From: Lama guanicoe
Taxonomy: Eukaryota
NCBI GenBank assembly: GCA_013239625.1
Contig: MU054391.1
Coordinates: forward strand, 8,093,095 to 8,157,094
Direction: 5' to 3'
Length of the DNA: 64,000 bases
The first letter of the stretch is position 1, and every line of letters starts with the position of its first letter. Positions 26,746-39,975 of this stretch are shown piece by piece. A model generated the notes under the pieces. The model saw only the letters and a list, made by a program, of their open reading frames with translations. It had not been told where the DNA came from and did not search any database. The position numbers and the translations under genes were made by a program.

Positions 26746-28339
26746 GTAAGAGAGGGATGAAGTCTTATTCTGGAGAGAATATTTGAATGAAGCATTTATT
26801 GTCGTCAAGTACCAGTTGGAACTATTACAAATTGTGTGCATTTTTTTTTACATCTGAGAAATGATTATAGGATTATGTAATTACCCAAGAACCAACTTGA
26901 AAAATGGGTAGTGAGATCTGCTCAAATCTCCATCCTGGAATGGGGAAAGATTATTCTCACATAACTCAAGTTATAGTAACAGTGGGAGATGAAATAAAGT
27001 TACGTTTTGTTGTATTTTATGACTGAACTTTAACATGATTGTTATAGGAGGAAGGAAGTGGAGGAAGGAAAGGGAAATTGGAAGGAAGGAAGGAATGTAC
27101 ACAGATGTACTTTCTTTCTTCTTCATCACACCCAGTCTGAGGACCAGGGGATTGATTTGCCCTAACTTCCTGAATACATTTATGAGAGATGTTCTATGTT
27201 CTACATTCTATTCTATATCTGTTTTGTTCAGGATAGAATGCACGTCTCTTTATTCCTTATTCTTGTTTTTCCGTTTTGAATATATTCAGGTTTGAAATAA
27301 TAGTATTTAAAGGAAGTCAGGAATAAATTTTTTTCTAATCTTTCAATTTTTTTTCTAATCTGCTCTGTGCATCAAAACTTTAAAACATTTCTACTTTAAA
27401 ATTCAGCTAAACATCAGTGAGCTATTAAATACAGTTTAAATGTATCAGAAACTAATTCTTTCAGCTGGCAACAAAATGAAATATACCAAATTAATAGTAT
27501 AGTTCTTTCCAACAATCTATGGTGCATTAACAACAAAATATGCTTATAAAACATGTTGTTTAGGAGCATTGGAGAATTATCCCAATGAACATTGCTGTAA
27601 TTATAATTATGAGTTAAAATAATAATAGTTCCTCTGAGGAGTATGAAACATTTTTCTGAGAATGTCTTTTATGATTTTAATCTGAGCTTAAAATTCTTCT
27701 TCCAGAGTCAAAACAGAAGAGGAAAGAAACAGTTTATCAATAATAAACTAGGAAGGAAAATATGAGAAATGCTCAGAGCTAAGCACCAGAGGTATACTCA
27801 CCAACAGAGAAATTCAGAGAGCAAGAACTTTGCATCCACACTCTACAGATTTAAATAGGCATCAAATTAGAGAAGAACTTCAAGATGATAAATGGATCGA
27901 CATGTCAAAAATTATTGGTCAGTGAAATGTTATTTTTAAGGTACTGCATTATGCCTTGTGCTGAATTAGGGTACTTCGTGAGAATAAAACAGAGAGAGAG
28001 ACTGAGAGAACACAATCTTTATGCTCCTGAGGAGCATAAAGGAGAGTTAGAAAAAAAGCAAAGCTATATTGTGTGAGTTTTTAATAAAATATTTGGCTGT
28101 GTGGAAATCAAATAAAATGCTATAGGAATTTTGGGGGTGATGAGAGCTGCTTAAAGAAGCCAAAGAAGGCAGGCATAGTCAGAGAGTGCTTTATAAAGTG
28201 TTACCTGCTTTAAAGTATTACTGTAGTATAGGATTAAAATACTTTGCTCAGAAATATACTTGGATATTCTACAGGATCAGATGTGGTCACTATCCTATTC
28301 ATATCTCTAATCTCCTGAAGGTCACATAATAAGGTCCAC

Positions 28340-31036
28340 AAGAAAGGTAGCAGATTAACCACTTATAAAGTAGCAGTAAGGTTAAAAGACAAAAACAGTA
28401 AAGTCATTTGTATCCACAATAACAGTTAAGAGATACACATAAAAAAAGATGTAAAATATGATATCAAAAATACTAAGGGGGAGGGGGCAGTAAAAGTGCA
28501 GGGTTGTTAAAAGGTGATCAAACTTATGGGATCAGCAACTTAAAAAAATATGCATGTATATGAAATGGAACTGTGATATATACAATACTCAAGGAATTAA
28601 AGAAACTAGGAAAAAAGAACAAACAAAACCTAAAGTTAGTAGAAAATAAGAAATAATAAAGATCAGAGCAGGAATAAATAAGATAGAGACTGAAATAATT
28701 GAAAAAATTAATAAAATTAAGAGCTGGTTCTTTGAAAAGATAAACAAAATTGATAAACCTTCAGAGAGACTCATCAAGAAAAAAAGAAAGAGGGCCCAAA
28801 TAAATAAAATCAGAAATGTAAAAGGAAGAAATTGCAACTGACACTACAGAAATTCAAAGGATCATAAGAGATTGCTATGAACAGTTATACGCCAATAAAA
28901 TGGACAACCTAGAAGAAATGAACAAATTCCTAGAAATGTAAAATCTCCCAAGATTGAATCAGGAAGAAACAGAAAATGTGAACAGACTGATTACCCATAA
29001 TGAAGTTGAATCAGCAAAAACAAACAAACAAACAAAAAAAACAAAACCTCCCAACAAACTAAAGTCCAGGACACAAAAGACCCTTAATAACCAAAATAAT
29101 CTTGAAAGTGAGGAACAAGGGCACCATGCATTGTGGTTTCAAACTATACTTTAAAGATATAGTCATCAAAACAGTAAGGTAATAGCGCAGATAGACAGCT
29201 AGATCACTCCAACAGAATAGACAGTCCAGAAATGAGCACAGACGCCATAGTAAAGGAGGCAAGAATATACAATGTAGAAAAGACAGTCTTTCTAATAAAT
29301 AATGTTGAGAAAACTGGACATCTACATGCAAAAAGAATCAAACTGTATACTTTCACATACCATACACAAAAATAAGCTCAAAATGCATTAAAGACTTAAA
29401 GCTAAGACCCGAACCACAAAACTTCTAGGAGAAATCATAGACAGTATGCTCTTTGACATCAGCCTTAGCAATATTTTTTGGATACATCTTCTCAGGCAAG
29501 GGAAACAAGAGCAAAAATAAGCAAATGGGACTACATCAAACTAAACATGGCTTTTTTTTTACAGTGAAGGAAACTATCAATGAAACAAAAATGTCCGACG
29601 AGTGAATGGGAGAATGCATTTGCGAAAGATGAGGTGTAATATCCAAAATAACAAAGAACTCATACAATTCAACATCAGAAAAAAAATTAACCTGATTATA
29701 AAATTAAGAGAGGACCAGAATAAACATTTTCCCGAAGACAATACAGATGGCCAACAGACACATGAAAAGATGCTCAACATCACTCAGCATCAGAGAAATG
29801 CAAATGAAAACTACAGTGAGAGATCATCTCACACCTGTCAGAATGGCTATTATCAAAAAGATGACAAATGACAGGTATTGGCAAGGATGTGGAAAAGGGG
29901 GGCCCTTGTGCACTCTTGGTGGGAATGTAAATTTGTGCAGCCACTATGGAAAACAGGATGGACGATCCTCAAAAACTTAAAAATAGAACAACCAGATGTT
30001 CCAGCAATTCCGCTACTGAGTATTTAACTGAAGAAAACAAAAACACTAATTCAAAAAGATATGTGCTCACCTATGTTCATTGCTGCATTGTTTATAACAA
30101 ACAACACACAGAATCAACCTAAGTGCTCATGCATAGATGAACGGATAAAGAAGATGCAGTGTATATACATACATTACTCAGCCATAAAACAGAATGATAT
30201 GTTGCCATTTGTGACAACATAAATGGACCTAGAGGGTATTGTGCTAAGTGAAATAAGTCAGACAAATAAAGACAAACACTATATGATTTTACTTATATGT
30301 GGAATCTAAAAAACAAAACAAATGAACAAATATAACAACATGGAAACAGAGTCACAGACAGAGAGTAAACAAGCAGGTTGCGTGCCAGAGGGGAGGGGTT
30401 CGGGGGCATGAGAGAAATAGGCGAGGAGGATTAAGAGGTACAAACGTCCAGGTACGAAATAAGTAAGTCACAGGTATGAAATGTAAAGTGTGAGGAATAT
30501 CGTCAGTAATTACATAACATCTTTGAGTGATGTCAGATGGTAACCTAACGTATCACGGTAATTACTTTGAAATGTATAGAAATATCAAGTCACTATGTTG
30601 TATGTCAGGAATCAACACAGTGTTGTAGGTTAATTGTACTAGAAAAACAAGCAAACCCATAAAATAAGTGATCGGATTTGTGATTGCCAGAGTTGAGGGG
30701 TGGGGAGGTAGAACCGATCAAGGCGGTCCAAAGGTACAAACTCCCAGTTTTAAGACAAGTCCTGGAGATGTGATGCACAACATGACAGATGTAAATAACA
30801 CTGCGGCACGTTACATATGAAAATTGTTAAGAGAGTAAATCCTAAGAGTTGTCATCACCAGGAAAAAAATTTTTTCTATTCTTTAACTTTATATCCATAG
30901 GAGATGACGGATGGTCACTCATCTTCCTGTGGTAATCATTTCAACTGTTGTATGTGATTCAAATCATTTTGCTGTACACCTTATACTTGCATGGTGCCCT
31001 ACATCAATCATATATTAATAAAATTGGAAGGAAAAA
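28340..31036 (+). mobile_element. Degenerate L1 with internal deletions (inter-ORF, partial ORF2, full 3' UTR)
   Basis: ORF2 remnants [14 protein letters not shown] (about 28700), [19 protein letters not shown] (29747); 3' UTR ending aataaaattggaaggaaaaa. Confidence 0.95.
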
Positions 31037-32479
31037 GTAAATCCAAGACACTGAAATCTGCATGTTCTCTTCTCTTCCTGCATTATCCTATGTACATGTG
31101 TATGTTAGGTTTTAAAGTAATAAGACCTTTTCACATTCATTCTTTTACTTTACATTCACTCCAATACTATGTGGATTAATTGGAGTGAAGCTCCAGGAAA
31201 ATTGGTATCCGGTTTCTCTCTATGACTTAGGCGTCAAGATGAATTCCAGTGACAATGTGGGGAGCAGACTTGCCATGTGTGGCTGCAAGAATAAGATACA
31301 CAGGGTAAATGACCAGTATCTACCAACAGTACTTAGAATGTACTTTGTAAAAGTCACCTGCCTTCAATTACCTGGCTAGTCACTTGCAGAAACAGTAATC
31401 CATTGACATGTGTCTGTGTGTGTGAATGTGTGTAATTAAATGGTTAATATTTGCAACTGTGTCAGATACATGTATGTACACTCACACATATATTTCCTCC
31501 CTCTCATCACTTGCAATAACTGAATATATATGCAATTAAATATATCAAGTGTCATCTGTCATTCTTGCAGCAAATGCTTCTAAAGTAGAAGTCTTTAAGC
31601 AGGAAATCAGGAGTAAAAACATGCATGTGAGTAACGTAGTAGAATTATTTTTCTCTTGGTATCCATCACGCCATTTCACAAACCCCATTGCACTGCCTAG
31701 TATAGCTTCTGAATTACAAACATAGATGGTGAAAGTTACAGGGGAAAAAAGAAGTCATTCAGATCATAGCGAGGAATTACTTGTGCTGGGCACAAAGTTG
31801 TCATTTAAAGCTACTGGAGTAATTAAGTTCTCCTTACTAATGTCATACTGAGAAATAGCACCTTCTCCAATGAGGAATATTCTGTAGCTCACTCTGACAC
31901 AGGTAGAATTTAACTGCATTATCTTAATGACGAAGGAAATATCTCGTGGGTTTTACACTGCTACCCGCACATGTTCCCTGCGATGGAAGAGCACACTAAC
32001 TTACATCCCCGCTTTCACACACGCCACCCCCGGCCTCAGGACGACCTCTCCAAGCCCATGAATCGCCTTCTTTCTCTCTTCTGTCCTTTCCAAGCTCACC
32101 CCTCTCAGAAAGCCTTTCAAGACCAACCCTAGCACGTCGGCCCTGCCGCTACACACCCTCCAGCTTCGGTTTTATTTTTCTGCAAATGTCAGTCCCTTCG
32201 CGTGTATCGTAGGTACCACCCCTTCAGCTTTCTTGGGAATCTTACTCTGTAAGTTTTCCTTTCTTTCTGCTCTAATGATCAGAACCTTTCTCTGACAGCT
32301 CCTGCCTCCCAGCATCACTGCTCTACCATCTCCCGTTGTTTCCTCCTGACACTGCCCCGCTCTCTCCTCACGCTCACAGCCGACCTTCAGCAAAGCATTC
32401 CCTACACAGAGAAACTCCAGTTGTTGATTGCTCCTTCATGTCTAAATCCTCTCCTCGTCTGAACTTTGCCTTGACTACT

Positions 32480-32850
32480 CAAAGTCCTCAGGCTAAGGCG
32501 CATGTCCTGCTTATTTCTAAGCCCAATGGACACTTCTCATTCCTTATTTTACTAAATACCTCAGCAGCACTCAACACCTTTGGATACTTGCTCCTTTTTT
32601 GAAATGTGTCTTCCTGTGCTCACTTACACAATTCTTAGCTAATTTGCCGTCTACTTTTCTTCAGATCTTCTTTGGAGACAATTTCTCTTCTTTTTTATGA
32701 GTGGAAATTCCTTTGGGTCAGAACCCAGGCTCTCTTTTCTGTACACACACTTTCCATAATTGATATCATCTATTATATATATATATATATTATATATATA
32801 TATATAATATATATATAATTGGCTGTATAAATGCCAACTGTCCAAAGTAT
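32480..32850 (+). mobile_element. L2 fragment with embedded (TA)n at 32774-32817
   Basis: cccaatggacacttctcattccttattttactaaatacctcagcagcactcaacac...ctccttttttgaaa. Confidence 0.7.
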
Positions 32851-33834
32851 TTCCCCAATCAGTGTTTGCAACCATGTGTATTTACTACGTTTTCGTCTTT
32901 TATTCTGTTCATACATATATTCACTTATGAAAAGCAGTGCGTACTTTGTGCTCATTTTTATATCATTAATTGTACCTGTCATATTTTCTGGTGTGTGAGA
33001 CTTAGAAAGTAAAACCAATAATGCCAAACAAAAGTGTTATTTGCCAGAGAGAAATAGGAATACACTGCTCATTACAGAGCAACATGTGTGAAGAAGCAAT
33101 AGGTACTTATATAATTGTGCAAAAAGCTGGCTAAAACACCCACGCATTTATTACAAATGAAGGTATTGGAAGGTTATAAAAATCAGCCACTTGCTTAGAT
33201 GGAATTATTCATGTGCAGGGAGGAAATACAATAGACAAAGGATGCCATAAGATTGCCCAGAGAGAGAGGTGAAGATATGTCAGTGTGGTTTGGCTAATAA
33301 AGATAAAATTTAGTGGTTCCACGCTGTAGTGAGCATCAGTTGGGTAGAATGTTCGCATAACTTATGCCGGCTCTTGGCAGATGCTAAAAATAAAATGTTT
33401 TCTACCGAACAGTGTATGTTGCAAGCGAGGTATTTAGAACCATAAGAGGTAGGTTAAACCTGAGTTAGAACAGATCTGTAACATCACTCACGGGGGCCCT
33501 GTTTCTCATGCCCAGGACACATCCATCCATCCTTCTCAGGCACTATATCCCTCCTCAAATCTTATGTCCTCCAAATCCTAACATTTTCATGGCTGGTCCA
33601 GGTTAAAAATGTTTACACCTCTTCTCATGATCTGCTTCCATAGTGGAAAATGATACCTTCTTTCTCCTTGAAGGAATATCTCAGTGAGGCGGACACTGGA
33701 CTTTAGACCCACAGCGTCACTTGTCCACGACTCTGCTGGGGTATTCAGGAAGTCCGCAGTGTTTCCATTCTTGCAGAGGAATATACGGATAAAAAAACCA
33801 TTTTTCCATTTCTCTAGTCTTTGAGGTGAACCCA

Positions 33835-33970
33835 CACTTGTTTCACATCCCAGCTCTAACACTTACTAATTGTTGTGACCTTGAGTAAAAGGTAAGTAAC
33901 CTCCACTTTCTATTTGCTCAACCAGTTCCGCAGTAAAATGGAATTACTTATAACGGTCCCTAACTGTAGG
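33835..33970 (+). mobile_element. MIR SINE fragment
   Basis: atcccagctctaacacttactaattgttgtgaccttgag...taacctc...gtaaaatgg. Confidence 0.7.
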
Positions 33971-36900
33971 AGAAGCCAAGATGTTATGGATGGGAGGCCA
34001 TCGCAGAAGGAGAACCAGCAGAAATTGAACAAAGGTACAGTAACGTAAGTATTGCCTTAGCTAATAAAAGGCACGATTGTGTTTCTCTGTCCATAGTTAT
34101 GCAAAGGGGACGCAGCCCGCTGCCCCACAGAGACCCGCCCGCTGGGGGCCCGCGCACACGGCGCGCTTGGACAGGTCTGGAGAGCTGGCTGTCGTTAGCT
34201 CGCCTACCTGTGTAGTCAGCTGATACTTGATACTGTCAGAAAGTCCAGGTGCATAGCTTTCTTCCAGGTCACCGTTGTGCTAAAATTTTTTTTTAATTCT
34301 CATAAACATTTGATTTAGAGAGAAAGTTCATAGAAAGTTCACTCTCAGACATGTATGTTGGAAAATGCTTTTGTAAATTATCTGCATTAGACGGTTGCCA
34401 TGAGGCTTAAATAAAATGATGCCCAAAAAAGCACTGTGAACTCTTTTCATCACCCAGGAAGTAGGATGTATGGGGATTCCTTTTTTTTTTTCATAAATTA
34501 GGTCTTGGCAGCTATAGATAGAAAAATGTTTAGCCTCTGTCAGTTCCTCTTAAGTTAAAAAAGTCAGTCATTACTCAAAGTATTGTTTCCTGCTGTATGA
34601 GCTGCAGCACGCCTACACCGGGTGGTACACTGCTCTGGAAATAATGCCATGCTGAACCTGCCCTTTTGAGGGGAAAGCAACTTCCAGATTGTGGTGAGAT
34701 GAAAATATATCTATTCCTCTGTCTCCCCCAGTGCTTCAGGGGCACAGCATGAGCGCCATGATACTTCCGCACATTGCTCCTGAGAAAAGCAATTCTAGGT
34801 CATTTCTCGTGTAACCGTGTCCCTGCCTTATTTGACGTGTGCCACAACAGGAACAAAAAATGGGGCAAGGTCAGAGGAAAAGAGATACAGAAGTGAACCA
34901 GACATGGACCCCACCTTCAACGTGAGTGTCTGTTTGTTCATCCTGCACGCATTTATTAAACTTTATGATGAGCCTGAAAGACTGCAAGTTCCTGCCGAAG
35001 CAGGGTTTCCATTCTTGCAGAGAAGTACAAGATGAAAAACCATGCAAACCAAGGTCTCTAACAGATCTAGCTGGAATACAGTGTTGATTCTGGAATGTGA
35101 AGTTTGATGTGAATAAAAAATATGGTTTCTCTCGTAGAATGACTGAAACACAGAAGGAGCCGCCCCGTTAACCTTGATCTATTCTTTGTAGTTCACACAG
35201 GCAGCTAACTTGAGACGGAGCATCTTCCGCTTTTTCTCTGTTGGCGCTGCCAGTGGACAGGTTGTTAAGGGCCGACCTGGAGTGATGTGTGGCACTGGGG
35301 ACTTGTGCTGTGCTAAGGGAAGAGACCCAATTACTTTCTGTAGCAAAACTCAATTACTACTGGCTCCATTGCTCAGAAACCAAGAGTTACATGGCTCATT
35401 TGGGAATTTCTTTTTCTCCAGGCAAAATGAGTTTCATATTCTGAACATGATGCTGTGAGGCAATTTTCTGGATATTTGACCAGAGTTCATCAGTTGGGTA
35501 TTCAGATAACTTTTCATCCTTTGATGCCAACACAGTGGATACAATCTCATTTGCAAAAAAATATGCAATCCATTATTGATATAAACACACGTCAGGGACA
35601 ATAATTCTAAATGATAGTCAAAATGTGCCCAATATTTCAGGACTGATAGTGTGTTTTCAACCGTTATACCACTTTATTCAATCCTATCCCATGAAAGTAA
35701 TCTATAAAGTAAATGTGATTAATTCTGTCCATTTTACGAAAAGCAAACTTAGCTAACAGTGGTGGCAGAAGTGCGTTTGGGGGGAGGAAGGAATGGTGCT
35801 CATATGTACTAAACACTAATTATTTCCCTGTGCCACTATATTCTTTTCATCATTTTACTTTTCACAAAGTCATATAATGTGTGCATTTTATCTTTCACGT
35901 CTATTGTTGATGATACTGAATCTAAGATCCTAAAATGAAACTGCTTCTTTCCTTTTTTTTTTTTCGCATACATCTGCACCTTTGGATAGGCTGAACATTC
36001 TGCCTGGAATACAATTTCTCCCACTGGTCTATTAAACTATTCTTTGAAAGCTCAAATGTGATATCCAGATGCATGTCCTTTAAGTATCTCACAATGTACC
36101 GGACAAGAAAGAAATAAGTTAATATTTACAATAGAATGCAATAAATGCATTAGGGGTTATGCTGGTAGGAAGGGAACGGTGGTTGAATCGACCATAATAA
36201 CACATCTAATTGATGTTTCTGCCCTTTGCTCAAAACAGCATAGTTCCAAACACAGCAGAAAGTCTCCCAGCAACCTGTCAAGATGAACGTGTAAGCCAGT
36301 GATTCCTACGCTATGAGTGACACTCCCTTGGGATAACGAGCTGTTAGTGCACTGAGTAACCCTTTCAAGAACACATGGAGGCCCTGCAAGAATGTATCCT
36401 TGAACTTGGCGAAATCCACCTCGGAGTTCTAAGCACTGCTTTGCAAAGACCAGCGAGTGCTTCCAGCTAATTTACAAGAGGTGGCGAAATCATAACTACA
36501 GCAGACCCTTCGCAGGGACCTGTTCAAGAGGCCAGCAGACCTGATGTTTAAGTGCTCCCCTTCATGAGAAAGTGTTATTTTTGCCATTCTTGGCTCACAC
36601 GCTTAAACCAGAAGTTCTCTAAGACCTAATGTACTATGAAGCTTCTTATAAATCCAGTCTTTGAGACTTCAGCTTGACACTCTGGGTGGTCTCGGAAGTA
36701 TTAACACACTATGTAGTACACTGGAATGCATTATACTCTTTTTAAAATTAGTCAGATTACATACAGAATAAAATTTAAATCAAATACTTGCAGAAATGCA
36801 GGGGAACACTGCAGTAGTAGAGCTCCAGAAAAATCTAGCTTTACAATGACTGGATTAGATGATGCCCTCTGCCTCCGAGATTTCATGCCTGGAGCTCACA

Positions 36901-37109
36901 GAAGCACAGCTTGGGCGGCAGGTTTGGAAGCAGAGGAGGGCTCGGCACGGCTGAGTTCACTGCGCCCAGACCACTATGGTGTCAGGAGAAACCCAGCTGC
37001 CTGTGCTACGCTTCTTCCACGAGAGGAATCGTGATCCACGACTCAGGGATATGATTTTTCAGGTGACTACTTGGTGCTTGTGTTCGGCCAACCAAGCACA
37101 GTTCTGGTC

Positions 37110-37243
37110 CAAAACAGGAGAAAGAAGTATCAGATTCACCTTGGAGATTTTTAATCCCTCTCAAACCTACTGAATCAGAATCTGCATGTTAATAATATTC
37201 CTAGGTGATTTATATACACATCAAAGTTTAGGAGAACCACTTT
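37110..37243. mobile_element. MER5-like hAT-Charlie MITE
   Basis: acctactgaatcagaatctgcatgttaataatattcctaggtgatttatatacacatcaaagttt...gaaccact. Confidence 0.8.
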
Positions 37244-38624
37244 AAAGAATTAAAAGGAAGTATTTATATATAATTAGTTTTTTTTGGTTACAAGTTCTAC
37301 CACTTTTAAATGTTTCAAAATGGAAGCTAAAACTGATGATGTTTCTTCTACGGTGTTCTAATAATCACATTTTAACAATATGATAATTAGAACTAATAAT
37401 AGTCCTAATATGTATTTTTTATATATCATTATTACAACACTGGATTATAGGAGAAACTTTACGTATTTTAGTGTACATTTGGACTACAAACTACACTTGT
37501 AGTTTACATTTTTTCAAGAAACTTGGAAAGGAATGCTACGAAGCTCATGCCCTGAGACTGATTCCACAGAAAAGACATGACATCTGATTAGGAAAAAGAA
37601 GCAGGCAAATAAAAGCCCTGCTTTCATTTCTCCGCACACCACTTTGTGTAAACCTTACACGTATACCCCAGAACCTCACATGGGACACTGCCCTGAGAAG
37701 CAAATCAAGGTATTGCACTGGGACCCGGGGATCTGGGTACACCAGGAAGGCTACGTTTGTGGAATGAAAAACACAAGTCTTCACGTCTTGCAGCCAGTTC
37801 TCTTGGACCCGACTTCCCGTCCTCAGCTGCTGGAGGACAGATGACATGATAAATGTAGAGACATCTAAAGCCCTGGTCCTTCAGCCCTCGAGTTCCTCAG
37901 ATGAGATGTGCCCAGCTGGCAGAAGGCGCATAAAGCCCTGTACGAATCACTGAACCTACAATCTTAGGGTTGTTCTAACGTCCAATTCAGATTGTTTTAC
38001 ATTAAAAAAATACTTTTAAATTGTACAATGCTCTTTGAATATTTGATGTCTTAACATAGTACTGTCCACATCTCAGTGAGTCCTTCTCCGACCTGTATTT
38101 TGGTGACTATTTGGTGAGTTCCTAAAATTTGCTAGGTTCGGTCCATATACAAAAATCACTTTGTATAAAATTCCTAATTGTATACTGCATTTATAAAGAC
38201 CTTTAATAATAGCTCATGTGTAAAGGATATCATTAACACATTTTTAGAAGGAAATGATCAGAAACATACCAACTTCTAAAGGTCTTTTCAATAACTGCTG
38301 TACTTAATTAGGATGAAAATATATTTGTATTAATTTCTGAGATTAACTAAAGTTTCTTATTTGTACAGTTTAATGACTTCTTAACAGATTTTCCAAAATG
38401 CAAAAGGCTCAGAGAGTAATTCTCCTTTAAGGAAAAGGTTCATAACACAATTAGATGTGGAAAAATTTCTACTCACTTAGCTGGTCACAGTGCTGACATA
38501 AAACCCACTGTCGAGTCATGTGCATCACAGAAAGGTTAACTAGGGCTCCCGCTGGTGAAAAACAATGTTTCCAACTGGAATACGAAATTATTATTTGAAT
38601 GTATTAAGTCCAAATTGTACAGTC

Positions 38625-38840
38625 ATTATTTTTTAATTCATTCCCTCGCTCAGTATGCAGTTGCTGATCACCTGGTGTAAGTTAAGCATTGCCTGATTAG
38701 TGCTGAAGTACAGAATCAGAGGACCTTTTCTTTTTCTTTTTTTTATTTGAAGAGCTCACAGCCTAGCTGAAGAAACAATCATACAATCATAGATGAAAAG
38801 AAGCATTCATTATGGTGTGATAAGTGTTCTAACGTTATAT
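38625..38840 (-). mobile_element. L2 3' fragment
   Basis: ttcattccctcgctcagtatgcagttgctgatcacctggtgt...gagctcacagcctag...tggtgtgataagtgttct. Confidence 0.55.
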
Positions 38841-39769
38841 AATATCTAAGAACAGGGTGTTATGTGAACCGAGGGAGCTGACGAGTTTGTGGAGAACCGC
38901 TTCTTGGTAACAGAGAACAGGACACACAGCTGTTTCATCCCTTCCACAGTGGGGACAGTGCCTTGGCCAGGACAGTGCTGGGTACCCCCCTGGTACTCGT
39001 GAGGCCCAGACAGAATGGCAGTCCTGGCCCACAGCCCACAGCTGGTCTCATCAGCCCAGCTCTGCCCTGCACTCGGAGGGGGCCTTGGGTATGCCCAGAG
39101 CTCGCTGCTCGGCTCCCTTCTCCCAGCTTCACCTTGGGCACAGCCAGCCTTGTCGTCTGCCCTTGTGGGGACTGACAAGGGAAGAGAAAGGCGCAGATCC
39201 TGACAGTGAGTTCCTGGTCCCCCCCACCCCCACCCCGGCAGGACCTTGATGGGTGTGTCCTTCCTTTTAACACCACAGAGTCCGCCAACACGGGGAGAAT
39301 CAAGAACAAAGAAGGGTCGGAGTGTCCCCTCCAGTGTGTGCGGCCCAGAGCTGGGACACTGGTGGCACCGATACCTGTGTGATAATACCCGTTTTGTCAT
39401 TGGTTGCAGTGCAGTCTTTCTTGGTAAGGAAAAGATGGCGTTTAGGGCTGCAGTCAGCCCGAACTGACAGTGTGACTCTAGGAAATTCACTTCTCTTTAA
39501 GAAAATGACCATCCCCCCGCAAAGATGAGGGCTTGGACTAAATCATTTTTGTAGGATTTTGAGATCTGGCTCCTTCTTTGTAACCATGTAGTACTTGAAA
39601 ACCACTACCTCTCCTCTCCTGAGACTCACTTTTTCACTCGTGTAATGAGGATTAAAACTTCCCACCCATTTCACGCACTGTTATGAGGTAACCAGACAAC
39701 GTCCCCAAAGTACTTGCGGCGGTGTAACACACAAGCCGCGAGAGCCAAGCTTTGCTCAGCTCCCTTCCA

Positions 39770-39975
39770 GCCTGATGATTTGGACCCTCCCCTCCCCCAT
39801 CCCTTGCCCCAGACAGTCGTCTCTGTTCCTACAAGTCTGGCTTTTTTTTTTTTTAAAGAGTCCATGGATTAGTGACATCACAGTATTTGTCTTTTCTCTT
39901 TCTGACTTATTTCACTTGGAAAAAATGTCCTCAAGGCCCACGCATATTATAGCGAACGGCAGGGTTTCCTTCTTT
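39770..39975 (-). mobile_element. L1 3' UTR fragment
   Basis: agtgacatcacagtatttgtcttttctctttctgacttatttcactt...gcgaacggcagggtttccttcttt. Confidence 0.8.

Noticed and set aside
29747..29980. ORFs with clear protein similarity (also 58718-58933)
   Set aside because: Broken L1 ORF2 C-terminal remnants, not host genes
38477..38575. Minus-strand exon candidate (also 2229-2310)
   Set aside because: Weak polypyrimidine tracts and unrecognisable or closed reading frames
38846..39490. Longest ORF in the window (214 aa, minus strand)
   Set aside because: GC-rich patch where several frames on both strands are open; no domain or homology recognised
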